Positions 45,877 to 56,379 of a stretch of 64,000 nt of DNA are shown one piece after another; within the stretch, counting starts at the first letter, position 1, and each line of letters opens with the position of its first letter. Location: contig JAFUSQ010000026.1 in NCBI GenBank assembly GCA_017467605.1, positions 1,976 to 65,975 on the forward strand, read 5' to 3'. The notes under the pieces were generated by a model. That model was not told where the DNA came from. It worked only from the letters and a program-made list of their open reading frames with translations, and ran no database searches. Source of the stretch: a bacterium (lineage in GTDB: Bacteria > Cyanobacteriota > Vampirovibrionia > Gastranaerophilales > Gastranaerophilaceae). A program made the position numbers and the translations under genes.

Positions 45877-47886
45877 TTGGAAAATGTAGATAAAAAAATA
45901 TTAAATAAGACTGAAAAGTCGGGAAAGAAAAGCTTAAGTTCCAATCCTATCAATAAGGTCAAATCACCTGTTGAAGGACTTAAGATGATTTCTGTCCCTA
46001 AAAATTCCGCATCAACTGATACTTCGGTTACTAAAGATAAAGATTTAGCTAAAACAAAGAAAAAGCTTGATAATTTAATAAAACCTATTTCTGTTGCTGA
46101 GGAGGCAAGCCTTGACAGTATTGTTGAAACAATTAACAATTTCAACAATACCAAAACTCGAACAAGACTTTATGCTAATAATAATTATAATGCCGGCAAT
46201 AAAATCTCAACGCATAATGTAAATTATTTTGAGGTTATGAAAAGCTTATATGATGCCTTTCAAAATAATAAAAACATGGTGGATTTATTTGCGAAATTAA
46301 ATGATATTTTTATAAATAAGTTAAAGTGGAATTTTGTAGGATTTGGTCTTTTTCATGAAAAGTCGAAATGTATTAATTTAAAATTATTTAGCAAAACAGG
46401 TAATACCTATTCATCAAAAGTATTTTTATCAGATGAAAACAACCCTATTATACAAAGTTTTAATACAAAATCTATGATAGATAAGGATAATATCAATTAT
46501 TTAAATATTCCTTATCTTATAAAATGCGGTTCTGTTATTTTCCCAATGATATCAATAAACAAATGTATCGGTGTCATGATTGCTGGACAGGGTATTTCTA
46601 ATATGCATATGAATATGGTTTCCTTTATTTCTAATTATATGGGAATGTATATTCACAATTTGCAATTGCAGGAAAAAACAAATAAATTTGCAAATACGGA
46701 TACTTTAACGTCATTATACAATCACAGAGGATTTCAGGAAATCCTTGCAAAAGAATTGTCAAAGGCAAAAGATACGGAAACTTCTTTGTCTGTTGTGATG
46801 TTTGATGTAAATAATATTTCAAAGATTAACAGGGAACTTGGTCATGCTAAAGGTGATGAAGTTATTAAAACTATTGCGGAAAAAATTAAACAGAACATAA
46901 GAGCAACTGATTCGGCAGGACGATACGGCGGTGATGAAATTGCCGTAATTATGCCTGAAACCGGTACAAAAGATGCTAAATATTTGGCAGAATATATTAC
47001 ATATTGTTTATCTTGTTGTTTTGTTGATGATGTCGGCCCGATTAAAGTTTCTGTCGGAATCTCTACATTCCCTGAATGTACAATTGATCAGGAAAAATTA
47101 TTGATATTGGCAGAACAGGCAATGTTTATTTCTCAGGCAAAAGGTTATAAAGAAGGAATGTCTGCGATAATCAGTTCTTCAGATTTTAATTTCTGGGACG
47201 ATGTTGCATTGAATTCTTTTGCTGAAGTTCTTGCAAAACGTCACTCGCAAATTGGTATAAATTTTGAAGAAGAACTTGTTCACAAATTTAATCAGGAAGA
47301 AATAATGAACCATAACCACTTGATGGAAATGGTTACATCGCTTGCCGGTGCAATTGATGCAAAAGATCCTTATACAAAGGGTCACTCAACGTCTGTTTCT
47401 CGTTATGCAGAAGCACTTGCCCGTGCTATTAATCTTCCTGAGCATGAAGTTGAAAGAATTAAAATCGGTGCTATGCTTCATGATGTTGGTAAAATCGGTA
47501 TTCCGGAAAATGTTCTGAAAAAACCCGGCAAACTTACTGATGAAGAATGGGAAATTATGAAACAACACCCGACAATTGGTGCTGAAAAGGTACTTGCACC
47601 AAATGAAGCTTTGAGAGATTTAATTCCTATTGTAAAATATCACCATGAAAGATTGGACGGAAAAGGTTATCCTGAACATTTGAAGGGTGATGAAATTCCG
47701 CTTTCTGCAAGGATTGTTTCTGTTGCAGATGCTTACCATGCACTTGTCAGTGACAGACCTTACAGAAAAGGTATGCCGATTGAGAAAGCATGTGCAATAT
47801 TAAAAGAAGGTGCCGGAGTTCAATGGGACAGCGATTTGGTTCGCAGATTTATTTCTATTGCGCCGTCTTTAACTACAAAAGTGTAG
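45877..47886 (+). CDS. GGDEF (diguanylate cyclase-type) plus HD-GYP domain protein with an N-terminal sensor-like region
   Basis: RYGGDEIAV GGDEF-type site. HD-GYP motifs HDVGKIGIP and HHERLDGKGYP. The start is uncertain (TTG). Confidence 0.85.
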   Translation: MENVDKKILNKTEKSGKKSLSSNPINKVKSPVEGLKMISVPKNSASTDTSVTKDKDLAKTKKKLDNLIKPISVAEEASLDSIVETINNFNNTKTRTRLYANNNYNAGNKISTHNVNYFEVMKSLYDAFQNNKNMVDLFAKLNDIFINKLKWNFVGFGLFHEKSKCINLKLFSKTGNTYSSKVFLSDENNPIIQSFNTKSMIDKDNINYLNIPYLIKCGSVIFPMISINKCIGVMIAGQGISNMHMNMVSFISNYMGMYIHNLQLQEKTNKFANTDTLTSLYNHRGFQEILAKELSKAKDTETSLSVVMFDVNNISKINRELGHAKGDEVIKTIAEKIKQNIRATDSAGRYGGDEIAVIMPETGTKDAKYLAEYITYCLSCCFVDDVGPIKVSVGISTFPECTIDQEKLLILAEQAMFISQAKGYKEGMSAIISSSDFNFWDDVALNSFAEVLAKRHSQIGINFEEELVHKFNQEEIMNHNHLMEMVTSLAGAIDAKDPYTKGHSTSVSRYAEALARAINLPEHEVERIKIGAMLHDVGKIGIPENVLKKPGKLTDEEWEIMKQHPTIGAEKVLAPNEALRDLIPIVKYHHERLDGKGYPEHLKGDEIPLSARIVSVADAYHALVSDRPYRKGMPIEKACAILKEGAGVQWDSDLVRRFISIAPSLTTKV

Positions 47887-48945
47887 TTATTTGTTAAAAG
47901 CTTCTTCTATAGATTTTTTATAATCAGGTTTTAAAATGCCTTTTTCGGTAATAATTCCTGTTATAAGTTCGTGCGGTGTAACGTCAAATCCGGGGTTTAT
48001 AATATTTACACCATCTGCACAGATTGGTTTACCGTTAATGTGTGTAACTTCATCATGTGAGCGTTCTTCAATAATAATTTCATCACCTGATTTAATATTT
48101 CTGTCAATTGTTGATAAAGGTGCAGCAATATAAAATGGAATATTATGGTATTTTGCGCAAATTGCAACGGTATATGTACCAATTTTATTTGCAGCATCAC
48201 CGTTTGCAGCAATTCTGTCTGCTCCGACACAAACCATATCAATCATTCCTTTTTTCATAAAATAAGAACACATTCCATCAGTTATTAAAGTTACGGGAAT
48301 TCCGTCCATTGTAAGTTCAAGGGTTGTAATTCTTGCGCCCTGTTGTCTTGGACGAGTTTCGTCTGCAAAAACTTGAACAGTCGGGTCATTGGCAAAAGCC
48401 GAGCGAACAACTCCTAATGCTGTTCCGTAACCAACAGTTGCTAAAGCTCCGGCATTACAGTGAGTTAAAATGGTTGCACCTTTAGGTACGACTTCTGCAC
48501 CGTAATTTCCAATTTTTTTATTAATTTCGATATCTTCGTTTTCTAATTTTTTTCCATTAATTTTTAATTTTTCAATTATTGTTGGAATATTATCATTTGA
48601 ATTTTTAATAATTTCTTTTTGCTTTTGAACAGCCCACATTAAATTAACGGCAGTAGGTCTTGCGCTGGCCATATAATCAGCTTTTTCTATAAGTTTTTTG
48701 ACAAATTCATTTTTAGATAAATTTTGTTTGGCTAATTCTTGAGCGAACAAAACAACACCATGTGCTCCGGCAATACCTATTGCAGGTGCTCCTCTAACTA
48801 TCATTGTTTTTATTGCATCAAACATATCCTGTCCGTTTGTTATGTTTACATATTCAAATTCATACGGAAATTTTGTCTGATCTACCATTCTTGAATAATT
48901 ATCAATCCATTCAATTGTTCTTATTTTTGAATTAAATTCTGCCAT
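47887..48945 (-). CDS. mtnA: S-methyl-5-thioribose-1-phosphate isomerase
   Basis: 352 aa, eIF-2B alpha/beta/delta-like family. Motifs VRGAPAIG, ARPTAVNL, CNAGALAT, ETRP and GADRIAANGD. Confidence 0.88.
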   Translation of the reverse strand: MAEFNSKIRTIEWIDNYSRMVDQTKFPYEFEYVNITNGQDMFDAIKTMIVRGAPAIGIAGAHGVVLFAQELAKQNLSKNEFVKKLIEKADYMASARPTAVNLMWAVQKQKEIIKNSNDNIPTIIEKLKINGKKLENEDIEINKKIGNYGAEVVPKGATILTHCNAGALATVGYGTALGVVRSAFANDPTVQVFADETRPRQQGARITTLELTMDGIPVTLITDGMCSYFMKKGMIDMVCVGADRIAANGDAANKIGTYTVAICAKYHNIPFYIAAPLSTIDRNIKSGDEIIIEERSHDEVTHINGKPICADGVNIINPGFDVTPHELITGIITEKGILKPDYKKSIEEAFNK

Positions 48946-48958
48946 TTTTTATTCCTTT

Positions 48959-49420
48959 TTATTGTTTTGTGTGTTGTTTTTCGTACAAATCTCTTATGAA
49001 ATTTATTATATAATATGTCAAAAATCCGCTAAAAGCGTTTGTTGTTGCGCATAACACGCCTAAAAATATTATAAATACTAATAAAAGCCATATTGGTGAA
49101 TTAGTAATCATTGCGGACAAGAAAAAATTAGTTGTGTAGTGAAAACCATTTGCTAATATTGCCATAACGACACAATACGTGATTGAAAATGTAAAATTAG
49201 AACTAAAACCTGAAATTGCACCTGTTATAATACTATCTTTAGTTGTTGTTAAATCAAGTTTCCCGTCCATTATCATGTAAAGCATAACAATTGGGGCAGA
49301 CAAAAGCAGCATTATAAAAAGCATTACCATTCCAAGGATTGGAATTGGTGAAAATATTCCAAGAATAATCCCTAAAATTAAACTCAATAAAATAATATCT
49401 TTAACTACGAATTTATCCAC
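48959..49420 (-). CDS. Hypothetical integral membrane protein (about 4 TM)
   Basis: 153 aa, strongly hydrophobic. Confidence 0.65.
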   Translation of the reverse strand: MDKFVVKDIILLSLILGIILGIFSPIPILGMVMLFIMLLLSAPIVMLYMIMDGKLDLTTTKDSIITGAISGFSSNFTFSITYCVVMAILANGFHYTTNFFLSAMITNSPIWLLLVFIIFLGVLCATTNAFSGFLTYYIINFIRDLYEKQHTKQ

Positions 49421-49594
49421 AGATAAATTATATCATAAAAATATTGTACTCGGTTTATTATTTTTGTTTTTGAAAACTTAATAATATTTACAATATAAAG
49501 TAGTTATGTTACTATAATTAAGCAGGGTAAAGCACAAAAACTTCCGCTTCGCACACGCAATTGTGAAGAAATTGGCGAAGAAAGGAGGGCAAAT

Positions 49595-49672
49595 ATGATT
49601 ATTGACAAAATAATAATGCTATTACTAGCATTCTCAATTACCGTAATAGCATTAAAATTGTTAATAACATAG
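49595..49672 (+). CDS. 25-aa hydrophobic peptide (type I toxin-like or small membrane protein)
   Basis: Own translation: MIIDKIIMLLLAFSITVIALKLLIT. SD aaaggaggg lies 5 nt upstream. A TATAAT is at about 49535. A long hairpin follows immediately downstream. Confidence 0.45.
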   Translation: MIIDKIIMLLLAFSITVIALKLLIT

Positions 49673-49740
49673 GGTGTGAAGAAAAGCCTTTAACTTAGTG
49701 CTTAAGCGTTAAGGGCTTCACCCTGCGTTTATATTATTTA

Positions 49741-50241
49741 CTATTTTTTAATCTTTGTCAAGTGTTCAAGCATATCCGAGCTTCTTGTATAAGATATTGC
49801 AATTGCTATTGAATCTATCGTATCATCAAGTTTTGGTAATTTGTCTGTTCCAAGGGCAATTTTAACCATTTGTTCAACTTCTTTTTTATCGGCTCTGCCG
49901 TATCCTGTCAAAATTTGTTTTACTTCCATAGGGGTATATTCATAAATTGGAATATTATGTTGCTCAAGAACTGTTAAAATTACTCCTCTTGCGTGAGCGA
50001 CAGGCATGACAGTTGTTCGATTTCTGAAAAAAAACAATTTTTCAATTGCACAAATATCAGGTTTATATTTTTCGACAATTGAATTCATGTCTTTATAAAT
50101 TTCCAGAAGTCTTGCTGATTCTCTTTCCCCTTTTGGAGTTTGGATAGAGCCTGAATGTTTAAGTTCTATATTTTTCCCGTCATATTCTACAACACTATAT
50201 CCGACAATTGCCATTCCCGGATCTATACCCAATATTTTCAT
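49741..50241 (-). CDS. ruvC: Crossover junction endodeoxyribonuclease RuvC
   Basis: MKILGIDPGMAIVGY start; 166 aa; the conserved catalytic D and E pattern. Confidence 0.9.
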   Translation of the reverse strand: MKILGIDPGMAIVGYSVVEYDGKNIELKHSGSIQTPKGERESARLLEIYKDMNSIVEKYKPDICAIEKLFFFRNRTTVMPVAHARGVILTVLEQHNIPIYEYTPMEVKQILTGYGRADKKEVEQMVKIALGTDKLPKLDDTIDSIAIAISYTRSSDMLEHLTKIKK

Positions 50242-50344
50242 ACAAATATTTTATCATTATTTTGTTTTTAAGTCGAATTATTATAAAAGGGGCGGGCATA
50301 CTTTTTTAAAGTATGCCCGCCCCAAGAATCAGTAATTGTTATAG

Positions 50345-50908
50345 TTAATCTTCTTTGTCTGTTGTTTCGATAGGAATGGTTACAATGTAGTAATTTCCGT
50401 TAGTTTCCTTTGTCAAATCTCCAAGTTTTACGTTATCTCCGAACATATAATTTTGTTGAAATTCAGAAATTTGTTCATCATTTTTAGATTTTCTTATAGT
50501 TCTGCCGTTTATTGTTAAAATATTCCCGTTGGCACTTACTTGTACGTTGTTTTCATTATTGTCGAAAGCTCTTAAATCTATTAAAACTCGATATTCTTTC
50601 CCGGTTTGTTCCATGTGAATAATGTTTGCTGTTTTTCTTGCAAAGCCGCGTTCTGGTGCAAACATTTTATCAATATCATGCATTTGTTTTTTAATCATTT
50701 TTTCTGCCATTGCGGGGTCAGGTCCAAAAACCGGTCTCATCATTCGTTTTAAATGCCAATCAGCAACGGTGTAAAATGCACAAAAAGCTCCAAGAAAAAT
50801 TAATAATCCTATTATAATTGATTTCATAAACGGGTGATTGGCACACATTGGGTGACTTGTTTCCTTGATAACAGTAGTTGTTTCTTCAATATTTTGATTT
50901 TCTTCCAT
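50345..50908 (-). CDS. Membrane-anchored Hsp20/alpha-crystallin-like protein
   Basis: N-terminal TM segment (IIIGLLIFLGAFCAFY) and a C-terminal ACD-like beta sandwich (YRVLIDLRAF...VQVSANGNILTINGR). Confidence 0.65.
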   Translation of the reverse strand: MEENQNIEETTTVIKETSHPMCANHPFMKSIIIGLLIFLGAFCAFYTVADWHLKRMMRPVFGPDPAMAEKMIKKQMHDIDKMFAPERGFARKTANIIHMEQTGKEYRVLIDLRAFDNNENNVQVSANGNILTINGRTIRKSKNDEQISEFQQNYMFGDNVKLGDLTKETNGNYYIVTIPIETTDKED

Positions 50909-51047
50909 GGTTTCTCCTTTCTTATAAAATTATTCTATATATTTAATAATCTATAACAATATCGAGTCAGGTAATTTGATTGGTTAAGTTCAAACTTGAT
51001 AAAATATATACTATGTGATATAATTCTGTCAGGAAAGGGATAGTTTT

Positions 51048-51236
51048 ATGGCTAAAATTTTAGTAACAATGCCTGATGAGTTTTTAAACAGGGTAGATGG
51101 TTTAGCAGACAAAGAGAGCTGTTCAAGGAGTGAATTAATAAGAGAAGCTTTGAGAAATTACATGCGCAGAGTATCTAAAAAACAGTTAGAAGCTGCTTCT
51201 CGCAATGCTGAAATTTTAGAAGAAATACTTAGCTAG
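51048..51236 (+). CDS. CopG/ribbon-helix-helix family DNA-binding protein
   Basis: KILVTMPDEFLNRVDGLADKESCSRSELIREALRNYM is a classic RHH pattern. Confidence 0.8.
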   Translation: MAKILVTMPDEFLNRVDGLADKESCSRSELIREALRNYMRRVSKKQLEAASRNAEILEEILS

Positions 51237-51243
51237 TAAAATT

Positions 51244-51462
51244 TTATATTATAAAATTAAAAAGTTCTTGAATGGGCAAATTCATAGCATTTGCTATGTT
51301 TTCAAGATTTTGAACATTTACGTTTGTTTCTCCTCTTTCGACCATACCAACAAAATTTCTATTTAAATCGGCTAATTCTGCAAGTTTTTCTTGCGAAATT
51401 TTTTGTTTTTGCCTTTCAACTCTTATTTTTAACCCCAATTTCATAACAGTATTTTGGTTCAT
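51244..51462 (-). CDS. XRE-family HTH transcriptional regulator
   Basis: 72 aa; QKISQEKLAELADLNRNFVGMVERGETNVN. Confidence 0.8.
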   Translation of the reverse strand: MNQNTVMKLGLKIRVERQKQKISQEKLAELADLNRNFVGMVERGETNVNVQNLENIANAMNLPIQELFNFII

Positions 51463-51546
51463 ATCAATATTTTATTAACTATTATATTGACATTCCACCT
51501 AAAATATTATATTAATGATTAATATATTAGGTTACAGGAGACTTAT

Positions 51547-52803
51547 ATGAAAAAATATTTGATTGTATTGTTGTTATTATTAACCATTTTTGTTGGCATA
51601 AAAGTATATGGTGTTCAAAAGTATTATTGTATAGGGAATTTATATATTCCGGGTCAAAGTGCTGAGAGTTTTTGTAAAACATTTTACCATACTTCGCAAG
51701 AATATTCACAAGAAATAAATCAGTTTATGGATAAAGAATACAAAGACTGTTTAACAGGATACTTTGTTCAGGTGAAAAATTCTTATAATTCCGGTCAATG
51801 TGAAGCTGTCAAAGAAATTAAATATACTGATGATTGTGGAGCTTCTTGTACCAAAGTAACTAATTTTGCAGGGAAACTTTTGTCAAATTATTGCGTTGGA
51901 GGAAATTCTCAATGTCTTAAAAACAGATTGGATAAAGCTAATAAAGCTATGGATTATAAGTTCTCAAAAGTAGGTAATTTATACATGTGTAATTATAATA
52001 CTGATGATGGGTGGTGGCATAGTTTTGATATTGAACCTTCTAAGACTTCAAGTCAATATTGTGAATATGATAAATCATGGGGAAACGAGGAATATAATAA
52101 ATGTGTTAAAGAGTATGAAAAAGATTTACAATTATTTCGTACACTAAATCCTAAAGGAAAATGTGTATTGATAAAAGAAAAAACTTTGCAGTATGGGACT
52201 GGTAAATGTACGGTTCAATATTATGAAAAAAGCGGTAAAAACGAGTATAGAGGTTACGAAGCTACCGGTTTAGAAAAAGAACAAGCTGAAAAATGTGTTG
52301 AAACATTGAAATCACAACTGTTGATTGGTAAAGTTTTTCAGCAGAAAGGATATACTCCTTCAAAGCCTTCCGGTCCGATTTCTAAACCAAAATCTTCAAC
52401 AAATAATAATCAAGTAAACAATACGACTAAAAAGAATGTTTCCCCAACAAAAGAAAAACAATTAAATTGGGGTAATGGATTTTGTAAATTAAGCTATAAT
52501 ATTAATTACGATACTAATTCAATAGTATATGTGCAAACAAGTTATCGTGGAATTTCCGGAGAAGAAATTACAAAATGTAAGCAAAAAATAAAAGCGGATT
52601 TAAAGAAAGAATTTGAAACTCCTATTATAAAAAATGATAAAAAGACAGGTTTAAGGACATATACATATGGAATTTGTAAGTGTTCATGTCCTTATTATTA
52701 CCAATATGATAAATTGAAAATTAAATCTGACCAATGTCAAAATTTAACAAATTATCAAATCTGTCAATCTTGTACAACAAAACTTAAAGAACAAATTAAG
52801 TAA
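51547..52803 (+). CDS. Secreted Cys-rich repeat protein (unknown function)
   Basis: Signal peptide MKKYLIVLLLLLTIFVGIKVYG, many Cys residues, and internal modules of the form C..Y...G.....KC...LK..L. Confidence 0.7.
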   Translation: MKKYLIVLLLLLTIFVGIKVYGVQKYYCIGNLYIPGQSAESFCKTFYHTSQEYSQEINQFMDKEYKDCLTGYFVQVKNSYNSGQCEAVKEIKYTDDCGASCTKVTNFAGKLLSNYCVGGNSQCLKNRLDKANKAMDYKFSKVGNLYMCNYNTDDGWWHSFDIEPSKTSSQYCEYDKSWGNEEYNKCVKEYEKDLQLFRTLNPKGKCVLIKEKTLQYGTGKCTVQYYEKSGKNEYRGYEATGLEKEQAEKCVETLKSQLLIGKVFQQKGYTPSKPSGPISKPKSSTNNNQVNNTTKKNVSPTKEKQLNWGNGFCKLSYNINYDTNSIVYVQTSYRGISGEEITKCKQKIKADLKKEFETPIIKNDKKTGLRTYTYGICKCSCPYYYQYDKLKIKSDQCQNLTNYQICQSCTTKLKEQIK

Positions 52804-52841
52804 TTTTTCTTGCGTAAGTGATGAGTTGACCATTACATTTA

Positions 52842-53215
52842 TTATTCTGCCCCGAGTGGGGAAGTGGCACGTAGTGCCGAAGGGGTATTATCATAAGTGG
52901 AAAATTGAAAGTGGAAAGTGGAAAATATAATATAACACCCCTCCTGTTCCCTCACCCGCCCTTCGGGGCACTCAATTGATGTTGTGGGAGAGGGAGCCGT
53001 TGTTAACGAGCTTTGCGAGATATACAACGGCGGGAGAGGGTATAAACTTAGCAATAAAAAAGTAACAATGCCCTAGCAAGGGGAGGGAAGAATTTTAACA
53101 CGAGTTTACGAGTGTTAGAAATTCGGGCGGGGTCTTAACCCGTAGGGAAAATTTAAAATGTCGGCATAGCAATGCCGACCTACGTTACTCTCCCTTAAGG
53201 GGCGAGGAATTCACA
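52842..53215. repeat. Cluster of REP-like families, non-coding
   Basis: Family D at 52847-52885, ccctc/gaggg hairpins, and gtaggtcggcattgctatgccgac as an inverted copy at about 53158-53186 of the copy at 21718-21745. Confidence 0.8.
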
Positions 53216-53257
53216 ATAATCATAAAAAATCGCCTTTTAAAGGCGATTTTTTTATGA

Positions 53258-54355
53258 TTATTCAACATATTCTTCCAAACGTTTTTTACGATTAGGGTGA
53301 CGAAGTTTTCTCAAAGCTTTTGCTTCAATTTGTCTGATACGTTCACGAGTAACACCAAATAATTGCCCTACTTCTTCAAGTGTTCTTTGGCGTCCGTCGT
53401 CCATACCGAAACGTAATCTTAATACATCTCTTTCACGTGGTGACAATGTACACAAAACTTCTGCCAAATCTTCTTTTAATAATTCTGAAGCAACCATTTT
53501 GACCGGTGCATCAGCTTCTTTATCTTCAATAAAATCGCCTAAACGTGAATCTTCCTCTTTACCGATTGGAGTTTCTAATGACAAAGGTTCTTGAGCAATT
53601 TTAATAATTTCACGAAGTTTTGAAATTGAAACATTCATTTCTGCTGCCAATTCATCTTCGGTTGGTTTTCTAGATAAGTCTTGAGCTAATTTTCTTGTTA
53701 CTTTTTTAAGTTTATTAATAGTTTCAACCATATGAACAGGGATTCTTATTGTTCTTGCCTGATCTGCAATTGCTCTTGTAATTGCTTGTCTAATCCACCA
53801 AGTTGCATAAGTTGAGAATTTGAAACCTCTTTCGTGGTCAAATTTTTCTGCTGCTCGAATAAGACCTAAATTACCTTCTTGGATTAAGTCTAAGAATAAC
53901 ATTCCGCGGCCTACGTATTTTTTTGCAATACTAACAACCAAACGAAGGTTAGCTTGGACTAATTTTCTCTTTGCAATTGCACCCGGAGTTCCGCCTTCAA
54001 GGATTTTTCTTGCTAATTCAATTTCTTCGCTTGCAGATAACAATTTAATTCTGCCGATTTCGCGAAGATATAATCTGACAGGATCGTCAATCGCAACACT
54101 TTTCGGCATATCCATTTCGCTTGAATCGGTATCATCAGAGCTGTGCATCATATAAATATCATCAGATGTAACTTTTTCATTAATTTTGGAAGTTACAATA
54201 TCTTCAATATTATCTGTTGAAATATCAACATTCATGTAATTAATATTTTCACGTTCCGGTTCAAGAACAGATTCCTCGTTAATGTCTTGCATGTCGAGTG
54301 ATTCATCTTCCATTACACTGACTACAGAGGAGCTTGCTTGTCTTTTTTTAGTCAT
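53258..54355 (-). CDS. rpoD: Primary RNA polymerase sigma factor (RpoD/SigA)
   Basis: 365 aa with all sigma-70 regions ([54 protein letters not shown]). Abuts dnaG. Confidence 0.93.
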   Translation of the reverse strand: MTKKRQASSSVVSVMEDESLDMQDINEESVLEPERENINYMNVDISTDNIEDIVTSKINEKVTSDDIYMMHSSDDTDSSEMDMPKSVAIDDPVRLYLREIGRIKLLSASEEIELARKILEGGTPGAIAKRKLVQANLRLVVSIAKKYVGRGMLFLDLIQEGNLGLIRAAEKFDHERGFKFSTYATWWIRQAITRAIADQARTIRIPVHMVETINKLKKVTRKLAQDLSRKPTEDELAAEMNVSISKLREIIKIAQEPLSLETPIGKEEDSRLGDFIEDKEADAPVKMVASELLKEDLAEVLCTLSPRERDVLRLRFGMDDGRQRTLEEVGQLFGVTRERIRQIEAKALRKLRHPNRKKRLEEYVE

Positions 54356-56242
54356 CTAAATTTTCTCCGATTTTTGTCTATATTTCTTTATTTTATCTCT
54401 AAGTTGTATTTGAATTTTAAGGGCCTCGGGATCATTATCGTTAATCCCTTTGTATAAACTTCTAATGTGTTCTGTTTCTTTATGTAGTCTGCAATGATTA
54501 ATTTTGCTGATTGCTTCATTTATAATGTTTTCAAAATCTTTTTCATTCAGACCTCTGTATACTTCCGATGCTGAAATCAATTCGGTCAAAACTGCCTGAT
54601 AATCAGAGTTTTCAACAAATTCAGTATATAAATGTTCGATTAATTCCTTCACATTATTTACGCTACATATCAATTTGTCAATTGTAGATTTTACATTTAT
54701 TAATATTTCGTCATCGAATGTAACGTCAGCCATCATTTCACTTATTTGAGTAAATGATAGAGGGCTGTCGTCTACCAGAAAAACGCTCAATAAATTTTTT
54801 TGCGCTTTTTTTAATACAGAATCACTTTTTGTTACATTCTTAACAATTCTTTCAACTTGCGGAAGATTTGCTCTTTCAAAAACTTTCATTTCGGTTTTGA
54901 TGGCTGTCGGGTCAATTGAAAGATTTTGAGCAACCATATCAATATATTCCGAGCGAATAATTCTGTTTTTAATTTCTGCCAATACCGGAATAATTTGCTT
55001 TATATATTGTGCTTTTTCTTGTGGTGTTTTATATTTATCTTTCTGCTTAAGGATATTTTCAAGTTGAAAATCAATAAATAAAGGAGCATTTTCCATATAC
55101 ATCTTGTAAGCTTCTGCGCCGACAGAACGAACAAATTCATCAGGGTCTTTGCCTTCAGGTGGTGCTATTACTCTAATTTCGCAGGCATATTTATCTTTAT
55201 CAGATGACAGGTAACTTTCATCAAATTGTTTTATATCTCCCAGTCCTGCAAAAACTTCTTTTATTACAGATGCTCCGCGTTCTGTTGCTTTTTGACCTGC
55301 TGAATCCGTATCAAAAGATAAATATATTCTTCTTGATTTTGTATATCTTGATAAAAGTTTAACGTGTTCTGAAGTTAGAGATGTTCCGCAAGATGCAACA
55401 CAGTTTTCTATTCCATGAGCCTGCGATGAAATTACATCAAAATAGCCTTCCATCAAAATTACGGAATCTTCTTTTCTTATAGCATCTTTTGCTGTGTACA
55501 AACCGTATAAAATACGACTTTTATTATATATCAATGAATCTGAGGAATTTAAATATTTTGGGCTTTGACCTGCTTCTAAAGCTCTTGCACCAAATGCAAC
55601 AAACTCTCCGTTTTCGTTTTGAATAGGTATAATTACACGATTGCGAAAACGGTCAATATATCCCCCTTTTTCGCTTTTTAAAATTAGTCCGGCTTTTTCC
55701 AATACTTCATTTGAAAAATCTTTTCTTAATTCATCATATAAAGTTGTAAAAGATTTTGGAGCAACACCAATGTGATATTTCTTGATAATATCTGTCCCGA
55801 TTCCTCGCTTTGTTAAGTATTTTAAGGCAATTTCAGCATTTGAATCCTTATTTCTCAAAAGCAAATCGTTGTAATATTCGGCTGCAACCATTGTAGCAGT
55901 CATCATTTGTTCTTTTAATTCTTTTGAACTTCCGTCATGTTTTTGTGAATGAGGAACTTCAAATCCAAATTTTTCTGCAAGCTCAATTATTAAATCTTTG
56001 AATTCAATGTTGCGTGTTTTCATCATGAACTTCAAGGTATCGCCAGCTTCTCCGCAGCTAAAACACTTATAAATACCTAAATGCGGGGTAACGCAAAAAG
56101 AAGGATTTTTGTCCTTGTGAAACGGGCATAATCCCCAATAATTGTTTCCTTTCTTTTTAAGAACGACTTCTTGGGATACAACATCAACAATATCAAGCCT
56201 TTCTTTTATTTTTGCAACTAATTCTTCCCACGTATTTGCCAT
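54356..56242 (-). CDS. dnaG: DNA primase
   Basis: 628 aa with the zinc ribbon CPFHKDKNPSF...CFSCG and a Toprim domain (ILMEGYFDVI). Confidence 0.93.
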   Translation of the reverse strand: MANTWEELVAKIKERLDIVDVVSQEVVLKKKGNNYWGLCPFHKDKNPSFCVTPHLGIYKCFSCGEAGDTLKFMMKTRNIEFKDLIIELAEKFGFEVPHSQKHDGSSKELKEQMMTATMVAAEYYNDLLLRNKDSNAEIALKYLTKRGIGTDIIKKYHIGVAPKSFTTLYDELRKDFSNEVLEKAGLILKSEKGGYIDRFRNRVIIPIQNENGEFVAFGARALEAGQSPKYLNSSDSLIYNKSRILYGLYTAKDAIRKEDSVILMEGYFDVISSQAHGIENCVASCGTSLTSEHVKLLSRYTKSRRIYLSFDTDSAGQKATERGASVIKEVFAGLGDIKQFDESYLSSDKDKYACEIRVIAPPEGKDPDEFVRSVGAEAYKMYMENAPLFIDFQLENILKQKDKYKTPQEKAQYIKQIIPVLAEIKNRIIRSEYIDMVAQNLSIDPTAIKTEMKVFERANLPQVERIVKNVTKSDSVLKKAQKNLLSVFLVDDSPLSFTQISEMMADVTFDDEILINVKSTIDKLICSVNNVKELIEHLYTEFVENSDYQAVLTELISASEVYRGLNEKDFENIINEAISKINHCRLHKETEHIRSLYKGINDNDPEALKIQIQLRDKIKKYRQKSEKI

Positions 56243-56379
56243 ACCAAAATTGTAACATTAACATAATTTTTGGTGAAATGAATTCATTTATTTAGTGTAA
56301 AAATGAATAAAAAAATTAAAAAGCTGACTATTGCGGTCAGCTTAGAAAAATGTGTGAGTAAGTATATTTATAAGTCTTG

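Noticed and set aside
52842-53054. 70-aa minus-strand ORF
   Set aside because: It is entirely composed of REP family D and ccctc/gaggg hairpin repeats. The translation (SALRATSPLGAE) matches repeat-derived peptides seen in ORF 19550-19747.
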